Virus genome (UHGV): UHGV-0200663
Origin: a virus
Direction: 5' to 3' (one strand)
Length of the DNA stretch: 35,660 bases
Below are positions 26,947 to 35,660 of this stretch, piece after piece (within the stretch, counting starts at the first letter, position 1; every line of letters begins with the position of its first letter). The translations under genes and the position numbers were made by a program. The notes under the pieces were generated by a model. That model did no database searches, was not told the DNA's origin, and saw only the letters and a program-made list of their open reading frames with translations.

Positions 26947-27396
26947 TTAAGGGCGTCGTGGCGGACGACGAACGGGGTGAGGCAGGTTCGGGGAGGGGTA
27001 AAACAAATCCGGCTGGTATTTATTGCGCTCCAGACGTCGCATCCGTTTGATGGCCTTGTAGACGGTTTTATACGTCACCCCGTAACGCTGAACCAGTTCA
27101 GGAATATTATGGCCGTTAAAATCACGCCAGATACGCATATCCCGGACAAGATTCTCCAGAATATTCCCCCTCGGAACATAAACCTGCATCCCGCCGATAT
27201 GGCGACAAATCGCCACAACCAGCTCAAGGGAATGGGCAGGGTCTGCGCCAATCCGGGCCAGCTCTTTACGCAGCAGTGCGTTCAGTTCAGAAAGTAACGC
27301 CGGATAAGCGGTGTTTTCCTGGTAATCATGAAGATATTCCAGAACGCTGTCGTCCCGGAGGTCTTCGAATAAATCCTGCTCTTTCATCTGTTTCAT
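26947..27396 (-). CDS. mor: Mor/C-family transcriptional activator (middle/late gene activator)
   Basis: 149 aa in ATGA overlap with the gemA-like gene, as gemA-mor in Mu. Conserved C-terminal region ..HSLELVVAICRHIGGMQVYVPRG...RIWRDFNG...YGVTYKTVYKAIKRMRR.. Confidence 0.6.
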   Translation of the reverse strand: MKQMKEQDLFEDLRDDSVLEYLHDYQENTAYPALLSELNALLRKELARIGADPAHSLELVVAICRHIGGMQVYVPRGNILENLVRDMRIWRDFNGHNIPELVQRYGVTYKTVYKAIKRMRRLERNKYQPDLFYPSPNLPHPVRRPPRRP

Positions 27397-27956
27397 ACAG
27401 CAATTCTCCCGCTGTTTCGTGCACGGGCATACGCACTGGTCAGTGCATCATAGCCGCGCAGCTCCCGCCCAGTTTCGCTCACAGGTAAAGGCACACCATG
27501 TCGGGCAAAGGCTTCACGGATGCAGCGCATATGCCACTGTTTGAGCGTTTCAAGCACAACCTGCAACGATTCCCCGTGACACCATGCCAGCGTGGAAACA
27601 CCCTGACCGCCATTACGTCTGGCTGTCAGGCGCTCAACGTATTTGTCCAGCGCAGCGTCGCTGATATCGGAAACGAAACCATCAAGGAACATCTGCTGCC
27701 AGATTTTGTAAATCTTCTCGCGCGGTGTGACATGCCCCTTAAAGCGACGGCGGGGATGTTTTTTCTGCTTCTTAAAACCGCGCTCTTTCATGGCATCGAG
27801 CACCCGTTCCAGTTGTGCAACGGACAGCTCGCGGCAACTGGTTTTGCCCGTGCACTGCACCAGAAAGGCGCGGTAAGTGTCATCGTCGAGTTGTAGATCG
27901 CGACGGGCGACATGAATTAATTTAATCAATGATGCGCGCATGATGCGTATCTCCAT
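27393..27956 (-). CDS. gemA: GemA-like early regulatory protein
   Basis: 187 aa immediately upstream of and coupled to the Mor-like gene, as in Mu. Confidence 0.5.
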   Translation of the reverse strand: MEIRIMRASLIKLIHVARRDLQLDDDTYRAFLVQCTGKTSCRELSVAQLERVLDAMKERGFKKQKKHPRRRFKGHVTPREKIYKIWQQMFLDGFVSDISDAALDKYVERLTARRNGGQGVSTLAWCHGESLQVVLETLKQWHMRCIREAFARHGVPLPVSETGRELRGYDALTSAYARARNSGRIAV

Positions 27957-28004
27957 GAAGGCGGTGTTGCTGCACCGCCCTGAACGTATTAAAGGATTTG
28001 ATTC

Positions 28005-28400
28005 ATGAAAATTGATCTGGAAATAATGAAAACCATTTTTAACGTTTTAATTGATTCTCCTGACGTATTCATAAAAAACACAGAACTCTCCGATGCTGTA
28101 CCCGACGAGAACGCGCTTTACTTTCACTTTCTGTTAATGCTGGATAATGGTTTTATTACCGGAACAGACCTGTTATCCACACCAGAATCAACAGGCGTTC
28201 ATTCCGGTCGAGACAAGGTTTCTTTCAGGTGCCGGTATATCCGTTTGTCACAGCGCGGTCTGGATTTTGCTAACGCACTGAACCAGCCGAAAATAATGAC
28301 CAGGCTCAAAAAAATCTGCATGGACGCTTCAATGGACATTCTTGTGTCTACAGGAAAATCCCTTATGAGCAACTGGATTCAGGAGCAACTGCACCTGTAG
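28005..28400 (+). CDS. Counter-oriented hypothetical protein (131 aa), candidate moron
   Basis: Only plus-strand ORF in a gap of the minus-strand early operon; ATG with AAGGA 8 nt upstream; visibly AT-richer than flanking phage DNA; 3' end overlaps the convergent minus-strand gene by 38 nt. Confidence 0.5.
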   Translation: MKIDLEIMKTIFNVLIDSPDVFIKNTELSDAVPDENALYFHFLLMLDNGFITGTDLLSTPESTGVHSGRDKVSFRCRYIRLSQRGLDFANALNQPKIMTRLKKICMDASMDILVSTGKSLMSNWIQEQLHL

Positions 28401-28698
28401 CATTCAGCAGATTCACCAGAGCGCTGGCCGCAATTGCTGCGGCCAGACAATCACCGCTATAACAAGCATTGTCGACAACGCTTTTTATTATTCTGATCAG
28501 CGATGGAAGTGTGGTGTTTTCCATAATTTCCAGCTTGTACTGCTTCAGCCAGTATTCATATTCAGCTTCATCAAATGGAAGCTGTCCCATCAGTTCTGTC
28601 AGAGTTGTATCGGCCTGCTCCGGTGTATATCCACTGACAACCAGTTGCGCCCGCATTTCAGCCCGATATTTAGGGTCGTCATAAATATGCTTACTCAT
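28363..28698 (-). CDS. Hypothetical early protein (111 aa)
   Basis: ATG at 28698 in ATGAGTAA overlap with upstream stop; the alternative ATG at 28731 lacks an RBS. Confidence 0.4.
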   Translation of the reverse strand: MSKHIYDDPKYRAEMRAQLVVSGYTPEQADTTLTELMGQLPFDEAEYEYWLKQYKLEIMENTTLPSLIRIIKSVVDNACYSGDCLAAAIAASALVNLLNATGAVAPESSCS

Positions 28699-28873
28699 TT
28701 CGTAATACCTCTTCGCAATAAAAGATTTCATTGGGATAACGTTTTTGTATGCGCTCCATCACCTGCATACATGCCTGCTCCGCGGGCCAGATTTTTTCCG
28801 TTACCGGAATGGCATCGCAGGCATCATTCCCACAGGTGCCAACCAGCAGGACAAAGCCAATTGACTTAATCAT
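28691..28873 (-). CDS. Small Cys-rich protein with N-terminal hydrophobic signal-like segment (60 aa)
   Basis: MIKSIGFVLLVGTCGNDAC..; four cysteines; ATG in ATGATTAA overlap with the upstream stop. Confidence 0.35.
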   Translation of the reverse strand: MIKSIGFVLLVGTCGNDACDAIPVTEKIWPAEQACMQVMERIQKRYPNEIFYCEEVLRNE

Positions 28874-29405
28874 GCTCGCTGATTTCCTGTGTTTCCGCCG
28901 GAACCGGTGAATAATCAAGAATGAGATAGCGCAGGACGTGGTCGGTGATATTCCAGCCACTGGAGCCACAAATAAAACGTCCCAGTCGGATATCGATATA
29001 CGCCATCACAAAACGGGGCATCCCCTGTTTGCACATCTCGTCATCCACTTCAGCAACGATGTAAACCGACTCGCAGGTCAGTACGCCTGTCGCAAATTCT
29101 TTTGCCAGTGCCGGAATGGCATTGCCTTCCAGCCAGGGCAAAGAGCGGCGGAAAGCGCACCATTGAGCATCATCAACAGCGGGGGGCTCCGTTGCGTTTC
29201 GTCTTACTGGCGGCGTCGGACGAGGGCGCGGAACGTCATAAAATCCGTTGCATTCAGTGAGAACTCCGGCATCAACCGCATCACGCAGGAAATACACCAT
29301 TGAGGAAGGTGGCATATTCATTTTTTCCGCCAGAACGCCACAGGTCAGACGTCCGTAAGCCCGTAATAATGTACTGACACCGTTCAGAACTTTTGCATCA
29401 ACCAT
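28866..29405 (-). CDS. Hypothetical early protein with possible N-terminal winged-helix region (179 aa)
   Basis: ATG at 29405 with GAGGA upstream; Pro-rich linker between two regions. Confidence 0.4.
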   Translation of the reverse strand: MVDAKVLNGVSTLLRAYGRLTCGVLAEKMNMPPSSMVYFLRDAVDAGVLTECNGFYDVPRPRPTPPVRRNATEPPAVDDAQWCAFRRSLPWLEGNAIPALAKEFATGVLTCESVYIVAEVDDEMCKQGMPRFVMAYIDIRLGRFICGSSGWNITDHVLRYLILDYSPVPAETQEISEHD

Positions 29406-29503
29406 TTTTTATTCCTCAGTAATCTGTTTCAGGCGCGAGCAATCCCCTGACGCATCGCGCCATAATTAAAAGAAAGTGAACTAATTAAATATTAATGGTG
29501 ATA
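29406..29503 (-). promoter_or_regulatory. AT-rich intergenic region with stem-loop between gam and downstream early genes (possible internal promoter/attenuator)
   Basis: Inverted repeat GGCGCGA-N16-TCGCGCC at 29432-29461 flanked by an AT-rich stretch. Confidence 0.3.
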
Positions 29504-30028
29504 TTAAATACCGGCTTCCTGTTCAAACGGAATAATAGAAAAATCTTCAATGCCCGATTTAACTGTAATTCCGGCAACACCTGCGACCGCTTTCGGTTCC
29601 AGTAAAATCGCTTCCTTGTTGATTTCCTGTTTCGTGCGAATAAAGCGTTGCAGGCCAAGACGCTCCAGTGTTTCCATCACCGCATCCACACCGCGAATAC
29701 TTACCGATGGTGGGCGCTGACGCCATGACACATCGCCGGTTACCAGGTTCGCCGTCTTCACCTTGCCGCCGTTCGTCAGTTCGTCACGGTTCGCTTCACA
29801 CCATCCCTGAACGCCTTTTGAAAGGGTTTCAATACTGGTTTTAAGGGGTGCAATCTGTGAGGCGTATTTCTCCGTAATCTCAGCGATAGCGTCATTCATT
29901 TCCGTTTCAAGTCGTGCCGCTTCGCGTTGCAGGTCACCAATCCGGCGGATATCACATACCACGGCATCGCGGGATTGCGGAACATAAGCCGCTGCGGCGT
30001 TCTTGATTCGTTTTGCTGGTTTAGCCAT
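29504..30028 (-). CDS. gam: Gam host-nuclease inhibitor (DNA end-binding protein)
   Basis: 174 aa, MAKPAKRIK...AAYVPQ..RDAV..RIGDLQRE..RLETEMNDAIAEITEK... closely matches Mu Gam from recall. Confidence 0.8.
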   Translation of the reverse strand: MAKPAKRIKNAAAAYVPQSRDAVVCDIRRIGDLQREAARLETEMNDAIAEITEKYASQIAPLKTSIETLSKGVQGWCEANRDELTNGGKVKTANLVTGDVSWRQRPPSVSIRGVDAVMETLERLGLQRFIRTKQEINKEAILLEPKAVAGVAGITVKSGIEDFSIIPFEQEAGI

Positions 30029-30048
30029 ATAAATAAAGCTCCTGTTAA

Positions 30049-30339
30049 TTAATATTCGCTGTATACAATGCCGGATACAGCACGATTGCTTAATTCCATC
30101 TTCTGGGCTATCACATGAATAGCCAGGCCTTCTTTATAAAGTTCACGACACAAATATTTGTCGTGCTCACTGACCCGGTATGCACACAACGATATTCCGT
30201 GCCTTCTGGCATGTGCCTGTAGGGCGGTTGGGGCAACGTTCAGTTTTTTCGCCATTTCTTCAACGGTCAGCTTCCCGACGTTGGTTTCGATAAATTCCCG
30301 GTCTTCGCGTGACCATCTTTTGCGAGGGATTATCATCAT
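30049..30339 (-). CDS. Small early protein with probable helix-turn-helix
   Basis: ATG at 30339 with AAGGAGG 4 nt upstream; ..LTVEEMAKKLNVAPTALQAHARRHGI.. is HTH-like. Confidence 0.45.
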   Translation of the reverse strand: MMIIPRKRWSREDREFIETNVGKLTVEEMAKKLNVAPTALQAHARRHGISLCAYRVSEHDKYLCRELYKEGLAIHVIAQKMELSNRAVSGIVYSEY

Positions 30340-30355
30340 GCCTCCTTTCCTGAAA

Positions 30356-30625
30356 TTAATGTTTGGCTGCATCCGGGTTATACCGGAATAACTCGCCTTC
30401 GGCTTCCAGCCCAAGTTCTCTGGCTGACTTCAACAACTCCTGGGTTGCTTTTTCAATAATTTCAGGAGCCATGCTCTTGATAATGCCTGCCATCACGTCA
30501 TGCGGTCCGATTTGCTCCTTAGGAGACTGTTCTCCCAGTTGCACACTCATTCCTACAAAGAAACCTCCTTTTTTCTGAAACTCAACATCTTCCATGCGGT
30601 TAAATTCAAAGATTACTTTTGCCAT
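30356..30625 (-). CDS. Hypothetical early protein (90 aa)
   Basis: ATG at 30625 (MAKVIFEF..) with GAGGA upstream. Confidence 0.4.
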   Translation of the reverse strand: MAKVIFEFNRMEDVEFQKKGGFFVGMSVQLGEQSPKEQIGPHDVMAGIIKSMAPEIIEKATQELLKSARELGLEAEGELFRYNPDAAKH

Positions 30626-30657
30626 TTTGTTATTCCTCACAAATAAATAAGCCGTTA

Positions 30658-30885
30658 TTAACGCCAGATAATCTGGCAACCATTAAGGCGGGCCGTCCAT
30701 ACGGAACGGGCAACCCCGGATTTATGCTCCATAATCCTGACAGCATTCCTGACAAGCTCCGGTGGTGGGCAGGTGATTTCAAGCACCGGGCGGGCCACGC
30801 CCAGCCAGGATTCGTTGACGTGGCTGCCGCGCTCCTGTAACCAGGTCTTTACTTCCGTTGCCATTTTGATATTCCGTGACATCAT
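30658..30885 (-). CDS. kil: Kil-like small early protein
   Basis: 75 aa, immediately downstream of B with ATGA overlap, matching the position and size of Mu kil. Confidence 0.45.
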   Translation of the reverse strand: MMSRNIKMATEVKTWLQERGSHVNESWLGVARPVLEITCPPPELVRNAVRIMEHKSGVARSVWTARLNGCQIIWR

Positions 30886-31841
30886 GATTCAGCATCCCCT
30901 TGCACACCCAGCAGCATCGAAACATCAACGTCCTGGTCTAACTCTTTGTAAGCCTCACGCAGATAATCCTCATTAACACGTTCGCCTTTACCGAAGGCAT
31001 TCATAACAGCAAGGCGCAGCGTTTGATTCATAATGCGGAGCGCACCAGGCGTTTGTGCAATCTGCTGTAATAATTCCCGTTCATTTTTCCCGGTAATCTG
31101 CCAGGCATCCGCAATTGCGTTTACATCGTCTTCTTTGGTTTTATTAATTGCTGTGCGCTTTGCAATACGGGAAAACAGACGGGCAAACTCAATTGTTCTG
31201 TCGCCATTAGCGGTCATATTTGAATAAACACGGTGATTCCCCATCAGAACAAGGCCAATACAGGCGGACTCCTGTAACAGACGGAGCTCTTCCAGCGCTT
31301 CGGTGTCAAGGTGATCAGCTTCGTCAACAATGACCAGTCCCTGCGTTCCTTTCAGGCGGCGACGCAGGTTACGGGAAAGCGGCCCTTTGCGACATGGTGC
31401 ATTATTCATTCCCAACTCTTCGGCAAGTTCAGTCAGACATTCCAGCGTACTGGCACGGGATGGCGCAATGGTGATCATCCAGACATTATTATTAGTGCGA
31501 CAAAATTCACGGGCTGCTTCGCTTTTACCCACTCCTGGATTACCGCAGATAACAGCAATGGTTCCGGTCAGATTAGCAAAACGCATACTTGTCCAGATTT
31601 GACGGGCTGTTGCAGTTTCCACAAAACGCGGGGGTTCCGGCAGTTCTTCTGCGCGATGATAGTTTTCCAGCCAGCGTTCCAGTGTGCGCCCGACTGATTC
31701 CATGTTGCCGTTATATTTATCATTCACAAAACCACTGACTGTGCTCAGGGCCACGCCTGATTCACTGGCGATGCGTGTCAGCGTGGTTTCTCCATTTTCT
31801 ACAAGCGTGCGCAGTCCTGCGCGAATATCGGAAATATTCAT
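30882..31841 (-). CDS. B: MuB transposition ATPase / target DNA activator
   Basis: 319 aa, N-terminal HTH then Walker A GNPGVGKS; directly downstream of transposase A. Confidence 0.85.
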   Translation of the reverse strand: MNISDIRAGLRTLVENGETTLTRIASESGVALSTVSGFVNDKYNGNMESVGRTLERWLENYHRAEELPEPPRFVETATARQIWTSMRFANLTGTIAVICGNPGVGKSEAAREFCRTNNNVWMITIAPSRASTLECLTELAEELGMNNAPCRKGPLSRNLRRRLKGTQGLVIVDEADHLDTEALEELRLLQESACIGLVLMGNHRVYSNMTANGDRTIEFARLFSRIAKRTAINKTKEDDVNAIADAWQITGKNERELLQQIAQTPGALRIMNQTLRLAVMNAFGKGERVNEDYLREAYKELDQDVDVSMLLGVQGDAES

Positions 31842-31879
31842 CTGAATAACCTCGTAATTAAATTTTGTTTAAACGTTAA

Positions 31880-33871
31880 TTAAATGGCTTTTTTACGTCT
31901 TTTCTGTTCCAGAATATCCAGTGACTGATTCAGATATTCATCACGAGCGGGTTCGTATTTATCATCGGGGGTGCGATATTTAACCCGTACTGTGTTACCC
32001 ACAGGCCGGAAAATACCAACAACCCTTGATTCTGGTGCTGCTGGTTCGGCTATCTGCGGCAGCAGTTCAGCAACTTCCAGCGCGTCCATTTGTTTCTGCG
32101 CCTTAATGGCTGCTTTAGTTGCAGATTTCAGTTGTTTCTGGCGGCGGCGATATTCACGGCCTGCCGCAGCATCATTAAATGCAACAGGTGCCAAACATTC
32201 CGCTTCACAGATAAACCGACCGTCTAGGGTGTAGCAATAAACTGTGCTGTGTAGCTGCTGCGGATCAAACCTGACCACAACTTTTTTCACGCCTGCATTC
32301 ATTAACGCCATGTTGTAATAAACGTTTTTCGCGCCTTTAAGGGAGCCGCCAACTTTAAGCGTAAACTCGCCTTTGCGTGAAACGTTCACCGCTTCGGCAG
32401 GCAGTAACAGCATCCGTTTTTGTTCTTCGGTTGGCTTACGCACAATCGTTCTGGCGTATTCACGCTCGAAAACATCATCAAACGAGAGTTTGCCCCCGCA
32501 CATTTCTGTTTCACGGCCTGTTCTGGCATTGAACATCGCCACACCTTCAGCAAGGGTTTTCAGAAACAGCTCTGCATCAACAGCACGGTCGCCATAGTTA
32601 TCAGGTTTTGCCTGCGGATTTGGCCCCGTATATGCGCCAGCCAGTGCCGGATGCTTATCAACGTATTCCTCAAGCCCACCAACACCGAAAGCACGTTCAA
32701 CAGGTTTTGCCTGGCCCCAGCCTTTACCGGCAACAACGCTTGTCCAGTGCATTTTCGCGCCCATCAGTAAAAACAGTCCCTTTGGGTCGTCCTCTTTCAC
32801 CTTAAAGCGGTAACGATTGGGCGCGCCCCCCGTCAGCCATTTATTCGCTGCCCCACGGGTGTTATCAATGGTGATGTGAAAATCTTCCGGGATGCCGTAG
32901 CGTGTCACCACATCCATGAACGAGAGGCGAATTGAATCAATGTTCTCGCTCACATCGCAGCGCCAGCCCAGAATTTTTCGGGTTTTCACATCCTGCCAGA
33001 ACCATGTTTTCGGGCGGATCACATCACCGTTAAACCAGCGTACAAAGACGTTATGCAGATAACCGTCGCCGTTGATCCACTGCATGGCGTCCAGGTGTTC
33101 CACAGTTCGCTGCTGTGCCGGTATCAGATGCATCAGTGCATGTTCACCTTCACGGCAGGCAACAACCATTGCCTCGTCCAGTTGCTGAATCCGGCGAAAG
33201 GCCGTGGCACGGGAGGGAATATTCCAGCCATGCTCACGTGCTGCCAGTTCCAGACGCTCATAACATTTGCGAAAGGCGGGTTTTTCCGGTCGCAGATAAT
33301 CTGCAATCAGAAACTGCCAGGCATCCTCGTCAAATTCACTTTTGTGAACGTTGCGACGGGATGCACCACGTCCATCAACAAGCGCAGCCGCCCAGTCAGG
33401 CTTCGCAAACTTCTGTACCTGGTAATACTTGTCACGCAAAGTGGATGCACTGACCTGGTAATGCCCTGCAACGGTCGCAAAAGCCGTTTTTGTTGAAATC
33501 CCCTGGTTCAGCATTTCGTCTGCGGCCTGAACTGCAGGCAACCATTTTTCAGCAAGTCTGCGCTGGGAATCGCTGGCGTTATCCCATTTGCTCCACAGCA
33601 CCTCACGATCATAATCGTGGGCTTCCAGCGTGGGGCGGGCGATTTCAAAACGGCCCTGGCTTGTTTCAATCTCTCCTTGTCTAAGCAATAACGCCGCTTT
33701 CGCTTCAACAGGTAAAGAGTTAGCATTGTATTCAATTGCTTTACCTCCTTTGACACCTGCTCTAGTGCGGTTTTGCCATCCTTGCTTCTTAGCGACATAA
33801 ATCACACCAGCTGATGTTTTCGGCAAGCCAGGAAGATTTGCACACTCTTTCGGTGACACCCAAAGTTCCAT
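31880..33871 (-). CDS. A: MuA DDE transposase
   Basis: From ATG at 33871, [35 protein letters not shown]... matches the Mu transposase N-terminus from recall; 663 aa; start overlaps ner stop. Confidence 0.9.
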
Positions 33872-33872
33872 A

Positions 33873-34100
33873 TTATTCACCTGCTTGATATCGGCTAGGC
33901 CAGATGACTTCCGGTTTAGTTTCAAGGGCGTTAGCAATAATCTGTTCGCCCTTTGGCCAGTGCCGTTCTAGCGCATTAGCTAATGTTGTTGGCGCATAAC
34001 CAAACTGCCGAGAAAGAGCTGATAAAGAGAGCTTTCTTTTCTTAAGTCCCGCAATCACATCAGCACGATGCCAATCACGGACCTTTTCGTTGGAACACAT
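33873..34100 (-). CDS. ner: Ner DNA-binding early regulator
   Basis: 75 aa, first early gene after the operator region, divergent from the repressor gene. Confidence 0.8.
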
Positions 34101-34268
34101 TTAAAAACCCTCCTAAGTTTTGTAATCTATAAAGTTAGCAATTTAACTAAGTGCAAAAACTTAGTTTACTTGCCAAAAAGATAAATACTGAAAAGTCTTT
34201 TGTAAAGTAACTTTTTAGTATTGTTGGCTATGTTTTGTGTATTACATTGAAAAATAAGGGTTTAAATT
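34101..34268. promoter_or_regulatory. Repressor/Ner operator region with divergent early and repressor promoters
   Basis: AT-rich 168-bp divergent intergenic region with repeated CTAAGTT/AACTTAG and GAAAAGT motifs between c and ner. Confidence 0.6.
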
Positions 34269-34859
34269 TTGAAAAGTAACTTTATAGAATCTGGTGATAC
34301 TAAAAAGTCAATCTGGTGTACGCCGCAAGAAATTATGGCTGCTGATGGTATGCCTGGATCTGTTGCAGGTGTTCACTATCGGGCAAATGTTCAAGGCTGG
34401 ACAAAGCGAAAAAAGGAAGGTGTGAAAGGGGGGAAAGCAGTTGAATACGATGTGATGTCTATGCCCACCAAAGAACGAGAGCAAGTTATTGCACACCTAG
34501 GTCTGTCTATTCCTGGCACTGCTGCTCAAGCTAATGAGCCGCAGGATTCTTCGGAGCTGATAAACAAATTAACCACAACCTTAATCAATATGATTGAAGA
34601 ACTGGAACCAGATGAGGCACGTAAGGCACTGAAACTATTAAGCAAAGGTGGGCTACTGGCGTTAATGCCACTTGTATTTAATGAACAGAAGCTTTACAGC
34701 TTTATAGGATTTTCACAGCAAAGTATCCAGACGTTGATGATGCTAGATGCATTACCTGAAGAAAAACGCAAAGAGATTTTGTCAAAGTATGGGATTAATG
34801 AACAGGAGAGTCTTGTAGCTCCTTTGCAGGATCCACAAGATGTAAAAAAAGCCGTATAA
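34269..34859 (+). CDS. c: Mu-type c repressor
   Basis: 196 aa, MKSNFIE...SIWC.PQEIMAADGMPGSVAGVHYRANVQGWTKRKKEGVKGGKAVEYDV.. matches Mu repressor from recall; first codon in this frame is TTG; divergent from ner. Confidence 0.8.
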   Translation: MKSNFIESGDTKKSIWCTPQEIMAADGMPGSVAGVHYRANVQGWTKRKKEGVKGGKAVEYDVMSMPTKEREQVIAHLGLSIPGTAAQANEPQDSSELINKLTTTLINMIEELEPDEARKALKLLSKGGLLALMPLVFNEQKLYSFIGFSQQSIQTLMMLDALPEEKRKEILSKYGINEQESLVAPLQDPQDVKKAV

Positions 34860-35199
34860 CAACCAGGAATCTAGCTAAAACACGCACTTTCCCTCAAGTA
34901 ACCTAGAGGGTAAGATACTGAAACAACAAAAGCTGTTTTTGATATACGTCATTCGCCAGAAGCCTGGTTGTTATCGGGTTTGAAGCGTTTTTGAAGCTGC
35001 AATTGAAATAATGCGTGAAGCAATTGCTTTTCGTATGTTTAATGAAACAAAAGCCATTTCTAACAATCTTTCGCGTTTCAATGCTTAACGGCTAAAATTT
35101 GCTCTACAGGCTTGCAAGCCCCACCAAATCTAATCCCGTCAAATCCCGAATAATCCAATATCCTCCCGGTTTTTTTCGTACTTCTCGTGAATCAATACA
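34860..35199. repeat. Prophage left end (attL) with transposase-binding sites
   Basis: Minus strand from 35199: TGTATTGATTCACGAGAAGTACGAAAAAAACC...; further CGAAA-containing repeats such as GTTTCATTAAACATACGAAAAG and GAAACGCGAAAGATTG. Confidence 0.75.
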
Positions 35200-35435
35200 G
35201 TGGCATCGACGTTGGAACCAAATCGGAAGTGCACCAGGTGTTGTTTGATATGGCGAAAAAGGGCGTGGCGGTGATCGTGATCTCCTCCGATCTGCCTGAA
35301 GTGATGGCGGTGTCTGACCGGATCATCACCCTTAGTGAAGGCCGGTTAACTGGCGAGATCCACGGTGACGACGCTAACGAAGAACGGCTGATGACGATGA
35401 TGGCTATCAACCACAACGCCCTGAAAGCGGCATAA
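35200..35435 (+). pseudogene. 3' fragment of a host ABC-transporter ATP-binding protein gene interrupted by the prophage
   Basis: Translation ..VAVIVISSDLPEVMAVSDRIITLSEGRLTGE.. is a typical ABC ATPase C-terminal region; the ORF-track start MNQYSG lies inside phage-end DNA, so the gene is truncated at the junction. Confidence 0.5.
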
Positions 35436-35446
35436 CGGAGTTTCTC

Positions 35447-35660
35447 ATGACGCAGATGATTCCTAAAACGCAGGTCCCGGTAAAACGCGTCGGACGCATC
35501 GATCCCATTGCCTTCTTCGAGCGCTTCGGGGTACTGATTTTCATGATCCTGCTGCTGATCTTCTTTCAGTCGCAGAACAGTAATTTTTTCTCTGAACGCA
35601 ATATTTTCAACATCCTGACCGAAGTCTCCATCTACGGGATCATGGCCGTGGGGATGACCT
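35447..35660 (+). CDS. Host ABC-transporter permease (5' part; continues beyond window)
   Basis: ATG 12 nt after the ATPase stop; hydrophobic N-terminal segments (GVLIFMILLLIFF; IYGIMAVGMT). Confidence 0.5.
   Translation, partial: MTQMIPKTQVPVKRVGRIDPIAFFERFGVLIFMILLLIFFQSQNSNFFSERNIFNILTEVSIYGIMAVGMT

Larger units (their letters stand above)
1..35199 (-). mobile_element. Mu-like transposable prophage, essentially complete and inverted in the window; right end starts about 3 nt before position 1, left end at 35199
   Basis: Minus strand at 35199 reads TGTATTGATTCACGAGAAGTACGAAAAAAACCGGGAGG (Mu left-end type). Window starts AGCGGCGCACGAAAAACGCGAAAACGTTTCACGATAAATGCGAAAAC, the complement of a Mu right end (..TTCGTGCGCCGCTTCA). 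Gene order c, ner, A, B, gam, late genes, com, mom matches Mu. Confidence 0.85.

Noticed and set aside
27957-28004. Inverted repeat GGCGGTG-N6-CACCGCC upstream of gemA, considered as a terminator
   Set aside because: No U-run follows on either strand; more likely part of a divergent promoter or leader structure. Not listed as a terminator.
35187-35199. Apparent start codon (MNQYSG..) of ORF 35187..35435
   Set aside because: These codons are encoded by the phage terminal repeat itself; the true gene is a host ABC ATPase truncated by the insertion, so the start is an artefact of the junction.
1-35660. Looked for CRISPR arrays, tRNA or rRNA genes, and a tyrosine integrase
   Set aside because: No regularly spaced direct repeats with unique spacers, no tRNA-like structures and no integrase-like ORF were seen; integration by DDE transposition makes an integrase unnecessary.

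Overview
The window is almost entirely a Mu-like transposable prophage of about 35.2 kb, inverted relative to the window, so nearly all phage genes read on the minus strand. Its right end (attR) begins about 3 nt before position 1 and its left end (attL, 5'-TGTATTGATTCAC... on the minus strand) sits at 35199. The last 460 bp are host DNA: the 3' fragment of an ABC-transporter ATPase gene interrupted by the insertion, then the start of the cognate permease gene. From high to low coordinates the order is: attL, c repressor (plus strand), operator region, ner, transposase A, B, kil-like, two small early genes, gam, a short cluster of unknown genes including one counter-oriented plus-strand gene, gemA, a single Mor/C-family activator, a lysis cassette, terminase, portal, MuF-like, protease/scaffold, major head, head-tail genes, sheath, tube, chaperone, tape measure, baseplate genes, a short S-like fiber with its chaperone, a 1024-aa lambda-Stf/P2-H-like long fiber with a second chaperone, com, mom, attR. 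The early region and both ends look very close to phage Mu itself, while the lysis and tail-fibre regions are mosaic. The most unusual points are: (1) no gin invertase and no inverted G-segment half, replaced by two same-strand fibre-chaperone cassettes; (2) a counter-oriented, low-GC gene and three translationally coupled unknown genes between gam and gemA, a candidate accessory (defence or anti-defence) island; (3) an identical 25-nt hairpin element at two late-operon boundaries; (4) only one Mor/C-family activator. All protein family calls are from recall of motifs and synteny, not from database searches. No rRNA, tRNA or CRISPR array was recognised.
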